Below, piece by piece: positions 19,927 to 29,615 of a stretch of DNA of 64,000 bases. The position numbers and the translations under genes were made by a program. The stretch is from Armatimonadota bacterium. Its GTDB lineage: Bacteria > Armatimonadota > Hebobacteria > CAIYQO01. The DNA is taken from assembly GCA_038248345.1 (NCBI GenBank), contig JBBRXO010000002.1, positions 22,681 through 86,680 of the forward strand, read 5' to 3'. Each line of letters starts with the position of its first letter. The first letter of the stretch is position 1. Below the pieces are notes generated by a model. It worked only from the letters and a program-made list of their open reading frames with translations, did not search any database and had not been told where the DNA came from.

Positions 19927-20696
19927 TGAGAGTTTATGTTCCTATAAGTAAACCACAACCATGGGTGTTGCCGGTGACGTTAGTCTGCCTAGCGTTGGGT
20001 GCCCTGATCGCCTTGATGATCATCAGCTCCAGCGTGAAAGATGACGCCACCACTAGCGCTTCACTCGGTAAAACACCACAGGAGATCACCGCGCTGCAAC
20101 AGGAGAACAAGCAGTACGAAGATGAGATCGCCAAGCTACGGGCAGAAAAAGATGAAGCCGTGAAAAAATCATCCACCGCCGCCGAGACCAACCAAGGGAT
20201 TCAAAAGGAGATGGACGATCTGCGCATGCGCGCTGGCACCGCCTCCATGATCGGCCCGGGCATCGCCATCACTCTCGACGACACCAATAACACCAAATTC
20301 CCCTCGGATACCGGAGGCATGAAGGCATTGATCGTGCACGACTGGGACATGCTGATGCTGGTTAATGAGCTGCGTGCCGCTGGCGCAGAGGCCATCAGCG
20401 TCAACAACGAACGCGTGGCGGGCGAAAGCCCCATCCGCTGTGTCGGCCCGGTAATAATGGTAAATAGCCACCAGGTGGCCCCCCCTTTCAAGGTTTTGGC
20501 CATCGGTAAAACGGACACCCTCTACGGTGCAGTGAAACTGCCGCAAGGGGTGCTGGACAATCTGATGCTGCTGGGCATCCAGGTGCAGGTAGACAAAAAA
20601 ACCAACATCACCATACCCGCGCTGAATGTGCTACCTCCTATCGAATCCGGTAAAATAGCAACTGACGTTAAGAAGGAGGGTGGCCCCGGCCGTTGA
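19926..20696 (+). CDS. DUF881 family protein
   Basis: TM + coiled coil, GPGIAITLDD, LVNELRAAGAEAISVN, IRCVGP, PPFKVLAIG. Confidence 0.9.
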   Translation: MRVYVPISKPQPWVLPVTLVCLALGALIALMIISSSVKDDATTSASLGKTPQEITALQQENKQYEDEIAKLRAEKDEAVKKSSTAAETNQGIQKEMDDLRMRAGTASMIGPGIAITLDDTNNTKFPSDTGGMKALIVHDWDMLMLVNELRAAGAEAISVNNERVAGESPIRCVGPVIMVNSHQVAPPFKVLAIGKTDTLYGAVKLPQGVLDNLMLLGIQVQVDKKTNITIPALNVLPPIESGKIATDVKKEGGPGR

Positions 20697-20719
20697 CGCC
20701 GCTGCCAATACTAATATAA

Positions 20720-21109
20720 ATGTGGCTCCCCATCCTTGCACTTTTCATCGGCTTTATGGCGGTATTCCTGCCGCAACAGCATCTGAATAATATGCTGAAG
20801 CCGGAATATACCCCGTACATCGGCATCGCCCTGGTGGCGGGCATCGACTCGATCGTCGGTGCCATCCGCGCGCTGGCCGAGGGGCACTTCAACGACCGCG
20901 TCTTCGTCAGCGGCTTTTTCACCAACGCCATTCTGGCCGCTGGCCTGCTTTACCTGGGAAATACACTCCGTATCGAACACGTGGCCGTGGCCATCATGGT
21001 GGCACTGGTCTTCCGGATATTCAACAACTTTGGCTTCGTCCGCCGCTTCGTCTTCGCCCGCCTCTTCGAAAAGAAACTAAGCGCAGACAATTCATTCCCG
21101 GAGCCGTAG
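20720..21109 (+). CDS. Small basic protein, DUF1290 family
   Basis: YIGIALVAGIDSIVGAIRA, FVSGFFTNAILA, RIFNN; follows DUF881. Confidence 0.88.
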   Translation: MWLPILALFIGFMAVFLPQQHLNNMLKPEYTPYIGIALVAGIDSIVGAIRALAEGHFNDRVFVSGFFTNAILAAGLLYLGNTLRIEHVAVAIMVALVFRIFNNFGFVRRFVFARLFEKKLSADNSFPEP

Positions 21110-21134
21110 CATGGGGAAAGTGAAAAGGCTTTAA

Positions 21135-22529
21135 ATGGGTATTCTCACCAGTCAGGGAAGGATTATCGGCATCTGGTTCCTCGTAACCAGCCTGATCGGC
21201 TTCGTGCATGCATCAGCCATCATGTACATCTTTTCTGTCGTCATCATTGGCGGCTTACTTACCGCCTGGGTGCTGGCCTTATGGGGGGCCAAAGACATTA
21301 CTATCTCACGTGAGGTTCACGCTTCCACCGTCACCAGTGGTGATCCACTGCCCACTAAACTGAGTATCCATGAGTCCAAAGCGCGCTGGCGCATGCTGGA
21401 ATTGCACGATAACCACACAAACCTGATTAACAATGAAGCCAGCCATCGGCAGCTGACGCTATTATTGGAAGATACCCGCTCCACCACCGCCACCATTGGC
21501 GGCAAAAGACAGCAGATGACGCAACTGGGTGGGAAGAAGCGCGAACTGCTGATACCTGACATGCTCCGCTTCCCCTACCGCGGCCTCTATCGCCTGGGGC
21601 CGATTGAACTGCAGAGCTATGACCCCTTCGGCCTTATCTACGTTGTCCGTAAGATTGAAATAAATAAGGAAGTGATCGTCTACCCACGCGCGCTCTCCAT
21701 GCCCGACGCCCTCCTCACCGGGGCGGGCGGACGGCAGGAATCGGCTATTCGCCCCTCCGGGCGCGCGGGCGAAAGTGCGGAGTTCCACAGTATCCGCCCC
21801 TACACCGAAGGCGACGACCTGCGCCGCGTACACTGGAAAGCCTCGGCCCACTCGGATAAAATGGTGGTAAAAGAGTACGAATATCGCAACGCCGGGGCAG
21901 TACAGGTGATCCTCGACTTGCAGGGGAACGTCCACGCGGGCAGCAGCTACAATTCGACACTGGAGAAGGCTATCACTCTCTCCTCCTCAATTCTCACCCA
22001 CGTCATCGCCGCAGGCAACCAGATAGGTCTGTTCACCACTGGCGAGAAGATCATCCAGCTACCGCAGGAATCCGGGCAGCGGCAACTACACCGAGCATTG
22101 GAGACGCTGGCGTTGGCAAAAGCCGACGGCACCGCCACCTTGGCACAAACACTATTGAGCAATGAGGCCCCTTCCTCACGTCGCTGTACCACCATCGTTA
22201 TCACACCTTCGCTGGATGTCAATCTCATTGGCGCACTCTTAAATCTACGCGGCAAATCCGCCCAGCTCTTGTTAGTGCTCCTTGATCCCAGTCAATACCT
22301 GATCAATGAGCAACCCGATCCCGCCGCCCGCCCCAATACGCTGAAGGGCATAAGCAATTATTTCGAGGGCCTTGACCTGTTGAAAACCGATTCAAAAAAA
22401 GTTGAAGCCCAACGCAATGAACACAAACGCCTGCTGAACGCCGCCATCGCCGCTGGCATCGAGGTAGTATCGCTGGATTCCGAAGCACCGCTAAATAAAG
22501 CGCTGCAAGCGATTGGACGGTTTACCTGA
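21135..22529 (+). CDS. DUF58 domain membrane protein
   Basis: RGLYRLGP..DPFGL, EFHSIRPYTEGDDLRRVHWKASA. Confidence 0.88.
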   Translation: MGILTSQGRIIGIWFLVTSLIGFVHASAIMYIFSVVIIGGLLTAWVLALWGAKDITISREVHASTVTSGDPLPTKLSIHESKARWRMLELHDNHTNLINNEASHRQLTLLLEDTRSTTATIGGKRQQMTQLGGKKRELLIPDMLRFPYRGLYRLGPIELQSYDPFGLIYVVRKIEINKEVIVYPRALSMPDALLTGAGGRQESAIRPSGRAGESAEFHSIRPYTEGDDLRRVHWKASAHSDKMVVKEYEYRNAGAVQVILDLQGNVHAGSSYNSTLEKAITLSSSILTHVIAAGNQIGLFTTGEKIIQLPQESGQRQLHRALETLALAKADGTATLAQTLLSNEAPSSRRCTTIVITPSLDVNLIGALLNLRGKSAQLLLVLLDPSQYLINEQPDPAARPNTLKGISNYFEGLDLLKTDSKKVEAQRNEHKRLLNAAIAAGIEVVSLDSEAPLNKALQAIGRFT

Positions 22530-22605
22530 TTCAGGTCTGCAAGTTGATTCTATCATTGTACTCCAACTCCTTGCCTTCCAATCGCCCAACGGGTACACTG
22601 AATGT

Positions 22606-24453
22606 GTGAATGATATAGAAGTTCTTGATTCCTCATGTTGGCGCGTGCCTGGTACCACTCCGCCGGTCAATTCTCCAGCGTTGCCGATGACGCGGGCGGA
22701 GATGACGGCGCGGGGGTGGGAATGTTGCGACATTATCCTCGTCACCGGTGATGCCTACGTCGATCACCCATCTTTCGGCACGGCGATTATCGGACGCTGG
22801 CTGGAATATCTGGGTTACCGCGTGGGGGTTATCGCGCAACCAGACCCCAAAAATGTCGATGCTTTTCGCGCGTTAGGACGACCTGCCCTCTGCTGGGGGG
22901 TAACTGCAGGGAACCTGGACAGCCAACTGATGAAATACACTGCTATGCGCAAAATGCGTAGCGATGACGCCTACACCCCCGGCGGGCAAGCAGGAAACCG
23001 CCCCGCCAATGCCTCTATGGTCTACACCAGTTGCGTACGGCACGCCTACAAGGGTGTACCGGTGATCCTCGGTGGCGTGGAGGCCTCATTGCGGCGCTTC
23101 GCCTATTACGATTTCTGGTCGGATGCTGTACGCCGTTCGGTGCTGGTGGATGCCAAAGCCGACCTCATTGTCTACGGGATGGGCGAGCGCGCCATGGCGG
23201 AGATCGCGCAACGCCTGCGCAACAACGAACCACTGACCGACATCCGCGGCACCGCCGAGATGCGCAAGTCACTGGACGACCTAACCGACGTGCATGTACT
23301 ACCTGCCTTTGAAGAGGTAAGTCAGCCGACTCCGGAAGGTAAGCTGGCCTTCTCGCGCATGGCACGTGATATCGACAACTTCACCAATCCTGACCTGGCT
23401 ACCATGTTGGCACAGCGCCATAATGAGCGCTATCTGCTGGTGCATCCGCCCGCGGCGCCGCTGAGCACCGCCGAGATCGACGTGGTCTATGACTTGCCCT
23501 TCACCAGACACCCACACCCGGCCTACGCGGGGAAGAATATCCCCGCCTATGAGATGATCAAGGACAGTATCACCACCCACCGTGGCTGCTACAGCGGGTG
23601 CAGCTTTTGCGCATTGGGGGCACATCAGGGTACGGCGATCAGCTCACGTAGCGCGGATAATGTGCTGCATGAAATAGCCCGGTTGACGCATGACCCCGAA
23701 TTCCACGGCACGGTGAGTGACCTGGGCGGCCCGACCGCCAACATGTATGGTACCGGTTGCACACTGGGGCGCGCACGTTGCGCCGAGAAGAGCTGCCTCT
23801 TCCCCACCCTTTGTACAAATTTGCGCACCGACCACGGCCCACTGCTAGCGCTAATGCAAGCGGCCAGTGCGGTACCGGGGGTCAAGCATCTCTTCATCAC
23901 CAGCGGTATCCGTTGCGACCTGGCTTTGTCGCCGGGCGGAAAGGGATACATCGAGGAGCTGGTAAAGTCACACGTTGGAGGGCGGTTGAAGATCGCCCCG
24001 GAGCATATCTCCACGCGCGTGCTACGTGCCATGCACAAATATCCGCCGGAGATCTACCGGCAATTTCTATCACACTTCCGTAGTTGCGCCACAAAATCAG
24101 GCCGCCCCTATCAGGTGATAGAATATTTCATCAGCGGCCACCCTGGCAGCACACTGGCCGATATGATCGAGCTAGCCGTTTACCTACGTCGTGAGCGCAT
24201 CGCCCCCGAGCAGGTGCAGGACTTCTACCCCACCCCGCTCACGCTGGCAACGGCAATGTTCTACACCGGCCTCGACCCCACCACCGAGAAGCCCATCTAT
24301 GTGGCGCGTAGTGACCGGGAAAAGGCCCTGCAGCGTGCCCTGCTGCTCTGCCAGAAGCCGGAATTCCACAACAAAGCCCGCACCGCCCTCCGCGCCGCTA
24401 AACGCGGGGATTTAATCGGAAACGGGCCTAATTGCCTGGTGCCAGAAAAGTAG
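22606..24453 (+). CDS. YgiQ (UPF0313) family radical SAM protein
   Basis: VTGDAYVDHPSFG, RGCYSGCSFC, SDLGGPTANMYG, KIAPEH, YFISGHPG; GTG start inferred from promoter TTGCCT-N17-TACACT. Confidence 0.92.
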   Translation: MNDIEVLDSSCWRVPGTTPPVNSPALPMTRAEMTARGWECCDIILVTGDAYVDHPSFGTAIIGRWLEYLGYRVGVIAQPDPKNVDAFRALGRPALCWGVTAGNLDSQLMKYTAMRKMRSDDAYTPGGQAGNRPANASMVYTSCVRHAYKGVPVILGGVEASLRRFAYYDFWSDAVRRSVLVDAKADLIVYGMGERAMAEIAQRLRNNEPLTDIRGTAEMRKSLDDLTDVHVLPAFEEVSQPTPEGKLAFSRMARDIDNFTNPDLATMLAQRHNERYLLVHPPAAPLSTAEIDVVYDLPFTRHPHPAYAGKNIPAYEMIKDSITTHRGCYSGCSFCALGAHQGTAISSRSADNVLHEIARLTHDPEFHGTVSDLGGPTANMYGTGCTLGRARCAEKSCLFPTLCTNLRTDHGPLLALMQAASAVPGVKHLFITSGIRCDLALSPGGKGYIEELVKSHVGGRLKIAPEHISTRVLRAMHKYPPEIYRQFLSHFRSCATKSGRPYQVIEYFISGHPGSTLADMIELAVYLRRERIAPEQVQDFYPTPLTLATAMFYTGLDPTTEKPIYVARSDREKALQRALLLCQKPEFHNKARTALRAAKRGDLIGNGPNCLVPEK

Positions 24454-24476
24454 AATCGGCGTATCACATTGATCCA

Positions 24477-24935
24477 TCATTGCGTGAGCGGCAGATACTC
24501 ATCCAGCGTGATAACCATATGCTGCGTCCCTATCAGCTTGCGTGCGAGCGCCATATCTGCTGTCAATAATGGTACACTCTTCTGCTCCGCCAGCGCCACA
24601 TAAACGGCGTCGTAGGCAGAGATATTCAACTCGCAGGCCAGCTGCAGCGCGCGTTTGCTCAATTGTTTGAGTGGGGTGGTTATCAGTCCTAAAGCTGATA
24701 ATTCATCAACTCTGCTCGCTCCAGTTGCGGTATCAATTTCCCCACGCTGAGCTTTTTTCCAGAGAATGTTAGCACATTCAATATAGAGGAGATCTGGGAC
24801 AAAAAGAACAAATCCGTCACTCTCAAACATGTTTTCGAGAAGTTCGCGAAGTTCATGACTTCCGCGCTCTGGCGCTACATACTTGATAAGTACGCTGGCA
24901 TCATATACACAACGCGGTGGCAACTCAGTTCTCAT
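24477..24935 (-). CDS. vapC: VapC PIN-domain toxin
   Basis: VYDASVLIK, ECANILWK, SAYDAVYVALA, LLTAD. Confidence 0.9.
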   Translation of the reverse strand: MRTELPPRCVYDASVLIKYVAPERGSHELRELLENMFESDGFVLFVPDLLYIECANILWKKAQRGEIDTATGASRVDELSALGLITTPLKQLSKRALQLACELNISAYDAVYVALAEQKSVPLLTADMALARKLIGTQHMVITLDEYLPLTQ

Positions 24936-25180
24936 CGTTCCCGATCCTCACGCAACAAATCAGTTGTAGTTTTGCCATCAATTGAAGGCTTAAACAGGTA
25001 GTCGCTCTCTCTAAGACGTGTTAATGATGCCAGACGCTCACTTTTTATCCGCTTCTTCTCCAATTCGACTTCCACGAGTTTGATTACTTCAGTACCGACA
25101 GATTTTTTTTCTGCTTTCGCCATCGCTTTCAACGCCTGATACATCTCATCAGGAAAGTCTCGTACATATAATGTCGCCAT
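24932..25180 (-). CDS. Ribbon-helix-helix antitoxin (FitA/VapB-like)
   Basis: MATLYVRDFPDEMYQALKAMA..., C-terminal LLREDRER; AAAGGAG RBS; ATGA overlap with toxin. Confidence 0.85.
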   Translation of the reverse strand: MATLYVRDFPDEMYQALKAMAKAEKKSVGTEVIKLVEVELEKKRIKSERLASLTRLRESDYLFKPSIDGKTTTDLLREDRER

Positions 25181-25270
25181 AGTAGATTCTCCTTTGACAG
25201 TATTATACCCATAATAATTGCAAATGTGCAATCGTATTTGTGTGATAATGCAAGCAATAGTAAAGAGTTA

Positions 25271-25409
25271 CGCTGGGACTAAAGTACCGGCTGCGTGGCA
25301 TTAATGCCGGTAGTCCGCCTTCGCGGACTTTACATATATGGTAATAGCGCGCTTCAGCGTGCTTGCAGTTGTTAGCCACCTCGTTTACGGGGCGGGACGC
25401 CCATGCCAC
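25271..25409 (-). repeat. Composite multi-hairpin element, copy 3 (shortened)
   Basis: CGCTGGGACTAAAGTACCGGCTGC..GTCCGCCTTCGCGGACTTT..AGCGCGCTTCAGCGTGCTTG..GGGCGGGACGCCCATGCCAC. Confidence 0.8.
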
Positions 25410-25411
25410 GA

Positions 25412-27205
25412 CTATCTCTTCGTCTGTGCCCACACCTCTTCTGCCTTTGTCACCAGCTCGTCGATCATCTGCAGGCCGTCGTCCCAGAAGGTGGGGTCGT
25501 TGATGTCGATGCCTGCCTTTGCCATGATGTCTGCCGGGCGCGCGGAGCCGCCGGCGCGGAGGATATCCTGGTAATGCGGGACGAAGGAGGCGCCCTCTTT
25601 TTTATAGCGTGCGTAAAGCGCCATCACCATCAGCTGGCCGAAGGCATAGGCGTAGACGTAGAAGGGCGTGTGGATGAAGTGCGGGATATACATCCAGAAG
25701 CAGGCGTGTCCTTCGCCTAACTCTACCGAGTCGCCGAACATCTCTTGCAGGTTCGTCTGCCAGATTTCATTTACCTGTGCGGGGGTCAGCTCTCCCTTTG
25801 CACGGCGTTCGGTGTGTACCCCTTGCTCGAAGCGGTACATGGCGGTCTGGCGGAAGACAGTGGCGAAGACGTCCTCGATTTTGCCGGTGAGCAGTGCCAA
25901 CTCCGCCATCGGCTCATGCTCTTCGGCTAAAAGTTCGTTGAAGGTGAGCATCTCGCCGAAGACGCTGGCCGTCTCCGCTGCTGCCAGCGAGGGGTAGTAC
26001 TGCAGGAACTTCTGCCCGCCCGCGTAGAGGTCGTGGATGCCGTGGCCCAGCTCATGCGCCAGCGTCATCACGTCGCGCTTTTTGCCGAGGAAGTTCATCA
26101 GCACGTAGGGGTGCCAGTCCGGTGCCAGCCCGGCGCAGAAGGCTCCGCTGCGCTTGCCGTGACGCGGTTCGGCATCCACCCACTTCTCATTGATAAAGCG
26201 ATCGACCATCTCACCCATCTCGGGGGCAAAGGCAGTGTAGGAATCGCGCACAATCTTCACCGAGTCATCCCAGCTTATGGTGGCGGTATCGCTGAGAATA
26301 GGCGCGTAGCGGTCATAATGGTAGAGCTTATCCAACCCCATGATCTCGCGCTTCAGCTTATAGTACCGGGCCACAGTATCATAGTGTTCTACCACCGAGT
26401 TGATCATAGTGTGTACGGTATCGGTATCCACTTCGTCAGAGAGGTGACGTGATTCCTCCGCGTGATTGAAGTGTGTCAGGCGGTCGTTCACCGATTTGTC
26501 ATAGGCCAGCACGTTGGTAACGTAGGTGAAGAACTTCTCATTTTTGCTCAACGCGGCGGATATCCCCTCAGCGGCGGCTTTGCGCACGGCGCGGTCGGGA
26601 TCGTAGGATTTATTCAGGATCTCGGACTCAGATAGTTCGACGGTCTCACCATTCAGCGTCATGGTGAAGGTCATGGCGGCGATGGTCTCATCGAAGAGGC
26701 GCGAGAAGGCCTGCCCGCTGGTGACGGATTTCTCCATCAGGATTCGCTCTTCCGCCTCGCTCAGACGGTGCGGACGTGCAGCGCGCTCATGCTCCAGGTA
26801 GTGCCGATAGGCAGCGGTACCCGTATCGGAGAGCAATTCGGCAAACTTCTCCTCGGATAACTCCACTAGCTCCAACTCAAAGAATAGCAACTGCTGCGCT
26901 GCTGCTACCGACCGCTCCTGCATCCGCTGCATCAGCGCCCCATGCGCCGGGTTACTCGTATCGCCACTGAAAAGCAACTCGGAATAAGCCGCCGGAAAGG
27001 CCAACGTCCGCTGAATCCCCTCATATTCACCCAGGGCTACCGCGAACTCCGCCGGCGACAACTGCCCCACCCGCCCCGCGCAGGAGACAGCAAATGACGC
27101 CACGCGCACATCCACCTCCGCTAGCGCACTATCAATCTTCGGGTCCGTCACCCCCGCAAACAAATCCGTCAAATCCCAGGTAACTGGTGTATTACTCATC
27201 ATCAT
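25412..27205 (-). CDS. Oligoendopeptidase F (M3B)
   Basis: WDLTDLF, GKRSGAFC, TLAHELGHGIH (HEXXH), AETASVFGE, PFYVYAYAFG. Confidence 0.93.
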   Translation of the reverse strand: MMMSNTPVTWDLTDLFAGVTDPKIDSALAEVDVRVASFAVSCAGRVGQLSPAEFAVALGEYEGIQRTLAFPAAYSELLFSGDTSNPAHGALMQRMQERSVAAAQQLLFFELELVELSEEKFAELLSDTGTAAYRHYLEHERAARPHRLSEAEERILMEKSVTSGQAFSRLFDETIAAMTFTMTLNGETVELSESEILNKSYDPDRAVRKAAAEGISAALSKNEKFFTYVTNVLAYDKSVNDRLTHFNHAEESRHLSDEVDTDTVHTMINSVVEHYDTVARYYKLKREIMGLDKLYHYDRYAPILSDTATISWDDSVKIVRDSYTAFAPEMGEMVDRFINEKWVDAEPRHGKRSGAFCAGLAPDWHPYVLMNFLGKKRDVMTLAHELGHGIHDLYAGGQKFLQYYPSLAAAETASVFGEMLTFNELLAEEHEPMAELALLTGKIEDVFATVFRQTAMYRFEQGVHTERRAKGELTPAQVNEIWQTNLQEMFGDSVELGEGHACFWMYIPHFIHTPFYVYAYAFGQLMVMALYARYKKEGASFVPHYQDILRAGGSARPADIMAKAGIDINDPTFWDDGLQMIDELVTKAEEVWAQTKR

Positions 27206-27290
27206 CCGCCTTTATTGGTTTACTGTTGGGTTTATAATTGGCTGTTGATGTGGGGAACTCCTGCTGATTTTATATTTTGGAGATAAATGG

Positions 27291-27397
27291 GTAGGGGCAC
27301 ATGGCATGTGCCCTCAATACGGGGTATGAGATACATGACCAATTGAAGGTATGGTTACGATGTGGGCACAAGCCTTGTGCCCCTACAATCGGGTTGT
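27291..27397 (+). repeat. REP doublet family A (best copy, GTAG ... CTAC)
   Basis: GTAGGGGCACATGGCATGTGCCC ... GGGCACAAGCCTTGTGCCCCTAC. Confidence 0.9.
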
Positions 27398-28504
27398 GGG
27401 CGAAGACCACTTTAGTACATCTCTCCCTGTTGTAGCACATACCTCTTCTGCTGGCGTCAGTACCTCCCCGCGTCCCTGCACGCGCAACGCTATCCCACGC
27501 AGCCAGGGGGTGAACATGGGGGTGCATTTGAGTATCTCTGTCTTGATCGCCTGCCGCAACGGCTGGGTGGCGGTGGCGTAGCGGGGGGCGGCGAACTCCA
27601 GTGCGGGCTCTAGCGCGGCGGCCAGTGCCTGCGCGCTGCGAAAGGCGTAGCTGAAGCCTTCGGCGGTGCTGGGGCTAATCCATCCTGCCGCCTCGCCGAC
27701 CAGCAACACGCGGCCCGCGCCGGTGCAGAGCTGGCTGCCGTGGCGGGGACGCTCCAGCAGCGCGCCTTCACGCCAGCGCAGTTTGCCAGGAGAGATGCCA
27801 TATTCCGCCAGTTTTACCAACAGCGCGGCGAAGTGTGCGTGGGGATTATCATGCGGGGTGAAGGCCGCTCCTATAGCCAGCAGGCCGCCTTTGGGGATTG
27901 CCCAGCCATAATAGTTGGTGACAGCGCGATCGAAGATGGCGATGTGGTCGGCAGGCAGCGCATCCATCTCATACCACCCCTGCAATGCAATGTACTTCTG
28001 CGGGGCGGTGGCCGTCGGGAAACAGCGCCACCGCACCTGCGAGTTAGCGCCATCGGCGCCGATGAGCAACCGCGTCCGCTCGCTATAGTTGTGCCCACCG
28101 GCGGTGAAATGAACCGTCACCCCATCGGCGTCAGTCTCGATGTTACCTGTTACCACACCGCAACGGATATCCACCGTTGCCGGCGCCAGCGAGAGCAGCC
28201 AGCGGTCGAGCAACTCGCGGTGGCAGTTGATGTACGAACGCGGGTGCGTGCCGGTGATGCCGTTGTCCGCGTCGATCAAGTACACCTGCTGCGGTTGTTC
28301 ACGTGTCATGATAGCGGACGGCGCCGCCAGCCCCATATCCGCCAGCGCCCGCTGCGCATTGGCGCTCAGCAACCCGCCACAGCACTTGCCCGGCTTCTCC
28401 GGCACCGGCGGTGTATCCAGCGTCCGCCGCTCCAGCAGCAACACCCGGTATTTCTCCCCCAACAAACGGGCCAGCGTCGCCCCGATAATCGCTATATCGT
28501 ACAC
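27383..28504 (-). CDS. FAD-dependent oxidoreductase (CbrA/geranylgeranyl reductase-like) lacking its GxGxxG motif; possibly inactive
   Basis: KCCGGLLS, LIGADGANSQV, YGWAIPK, LVGEAAGWISPSTAEG; N-terminus reads IAIIGATLARLL. Confidence 0.8.
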   Translation of the reverse strand: MYDIAIIGATLARLLGEKYRVLLLERRTLDTPPVPEKPGKCCGGLLSANAQRALADMGLAAPSAIMTREQPQQVYLIDADNGITGTHPRSYINCHRELLDRWLLSLAPATVDIRCGVVTGNIETDADGVTVHFTAGGHNYSERTRLLIGADGANSQVRWRCFPTATAPQKYIALQGWYEMDALPADHIAIFDRAVTNYYGWAIPKGGLLAIGAAFTPHDNPHAHFAALLVKLAEYGISPGKLRWREGALLERPRHGSQLCTGAGRVLLVGEAAGWISPSTAEGFSYAFRSAQALAAALEPALEFAAPRYATATQPLRQAIKTEILKCTPMFTPWLRGIALRVQGRGEVLTPAEEVCATTGRDVLKWSSPTTRL

Positions 28505-28554
28505 ATCTGCCTCCTTCGAGAAAATATTTTGCGGACACTTTGCCCCACTAGTCT

Positions 28555-28668
28555 ACCTAACCCCCAGCCCCTTCTCTGCGCGGGAAGGGGTGTCGATTCA
28601 ATGATTATCTATTGAAGAACGATCATTCTCCCCCTTCCCGCGCCGGGAAGGGGGTCGGGGGGTTAGGT
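28555..28668. repeat. Inverted REP-like pair (CCCCTTCCC-N-GGGAAGGGG type)
   Basis: ACCTAACCCCCAGCCCCTTCTCTGCGCGGGAAGGGG ... CCCCTTCCCGCGCCGGGAAGGGGGTCGGGGGGTTAGGT. Confidence 0.8.
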
Positions 28669-28694
28669 CGACCAAGGCTTTTCATCCCCAAACT

Positions 28695-28751
28695 ATGATA
28701 GCGCGCTTCAGCGTGCTTGCCGTTGTTAGCCACCTCCTTCAGGGGGTGGCT
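28695..28751. repeat. Isolated C module of the composite element
   Basis: ATGATAGCGCGCTTCAGCGTGCTTGCCGTTGTTAGCCACCTCCTTCAGGGGGTGGC, nearly identical to the C module within 15757-15946. Confidence 0.85.
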
Positions 28752-28818
28752 TTCCCTATCCCTCATAATCCTACCGCTTCCCTCTCCCCCGTTCCACCCA
28801 CTGAGGCCACTATTTCGC

Positions 28819-28868
28819 GCACTTGGGTGCTTGGTGGCTGGGGTGGTTTGGCATATACTATTGGCATG
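28819..28868 (+). promoter_or_regulatory. Palindrome + leaderless promoter of the response regulator
   Basis: GCAC-TTGG-GTGC, TTGGTG-N17-TATACT-N6-ATG; duplicated at 31304-31353. Confidence 0.7.
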
Positions 28869-29600
28869 TACGATATTCTGCTGGTGGAAGATAACGCGCG
28901 GTTGCGCCCGGCGCTGGTGAGTGGATTGAACGCTACCGGCAAAGTGCGGTTGGCGCACGCCTGCGCGAGCGGGGAAGAGGCGCTGGCGTGGTGTCGCGAG
29001 CACACGGCGCAGGCGATATTGATGGACGTGCAACTGGCCGGGGAGATGAACGGCATCGCGGCGGCGGTGGCAATACGACGCGAATATGCGCGTATGCCGG
29101 TAGTCTTCTACAGCATCCAGGATGACGACGCCTACTACCGCGCCTTCCGCCACGCGGGCATCCTCAGCCATTACGCCTACGTGCGCAAGTCGAACTACTT
29201 GCTACCGCAGTTGATCGTGCCCTTGCTGCAGGATGCCATCTCCGGGCGCAGTTTCATCGACCCGGATATCGAGGCGCGTGTGCAGGAAGTACGCCACAAA
29301 GACGCGCGCGACCCGATGGCGCTGCTGGAGCCGAACGAGCAAGAGGTGGCGCGCATGATCGCACGGGGGATGACCAACGAGCAAATCGCCGCGCAACTGG
29401 GCTTCCGCGATAAGCGCACCATCAGCCGCACCGACGGGCAGATATATGCCAGTTGGGGGCTGGACGCCAGCAACACTGATGAAAAAATAGCCCGCACCCG
29501 CGCAGTGATTATCATGCAGTCAGGCCGGTTGCTGGCCTGGGATACCGACGGCACCCCACGCGTGGAGGCAGAGAATGGCGAATGGGTGGTGTGGGAGTAG
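28866..29600 (+). CDS. NarL/LuxR-type response regulator
   Basis: ILLVED, ILMDVQL, YVRKS receiver; EVARMIARGMTNEQIAAQLG HTH. Confidence 0.9.
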   Translation: MYDILLVEDNARLRPALVSGLNATGKVRLAHACASGEEALAWCREHTAQAILMDVQLAGEMNGIAAAVAIRREYARMPVVFYSIQDDDAYYRAFRHAGILSHYAYVRKSNYLLPQLIVPLLQDAISGRSFIDPDIEARVQEVRHKDARDPMALLEPNEQEVARMIARGMTNEQIAAQLGFRDKRTISRTDGQIYASWGLDASNTDEKIARTRAVIIMQSGRLLAWDTDGTPRVEAENGEWVVWE

Positions 29601-29615
29601 GTTATGCCTTCACCT

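Noticed and set aside
24477..25180. VapBC pair as marker of a prophage or defence island
   Set aside because: Flanked by housekeeping genes; no integrase, att sites or other defence genes
25412..27470. Similar C-termini of the peptidase (KAEEVWAQTKR) and oxidoreductase (PAEEVCATTGR)
   Set aside because: Only a short exact match (ACCTCTTCTGC); cannot be distinguished from chance
28695..28865. N-terminal extension MIARFSVLAVVSHL of the response regulator, and similar small ORFs at 25338 and 33649
   Set aside because: These peptides are translations of the C repeat module; the receiver domain starts at ATG 28866
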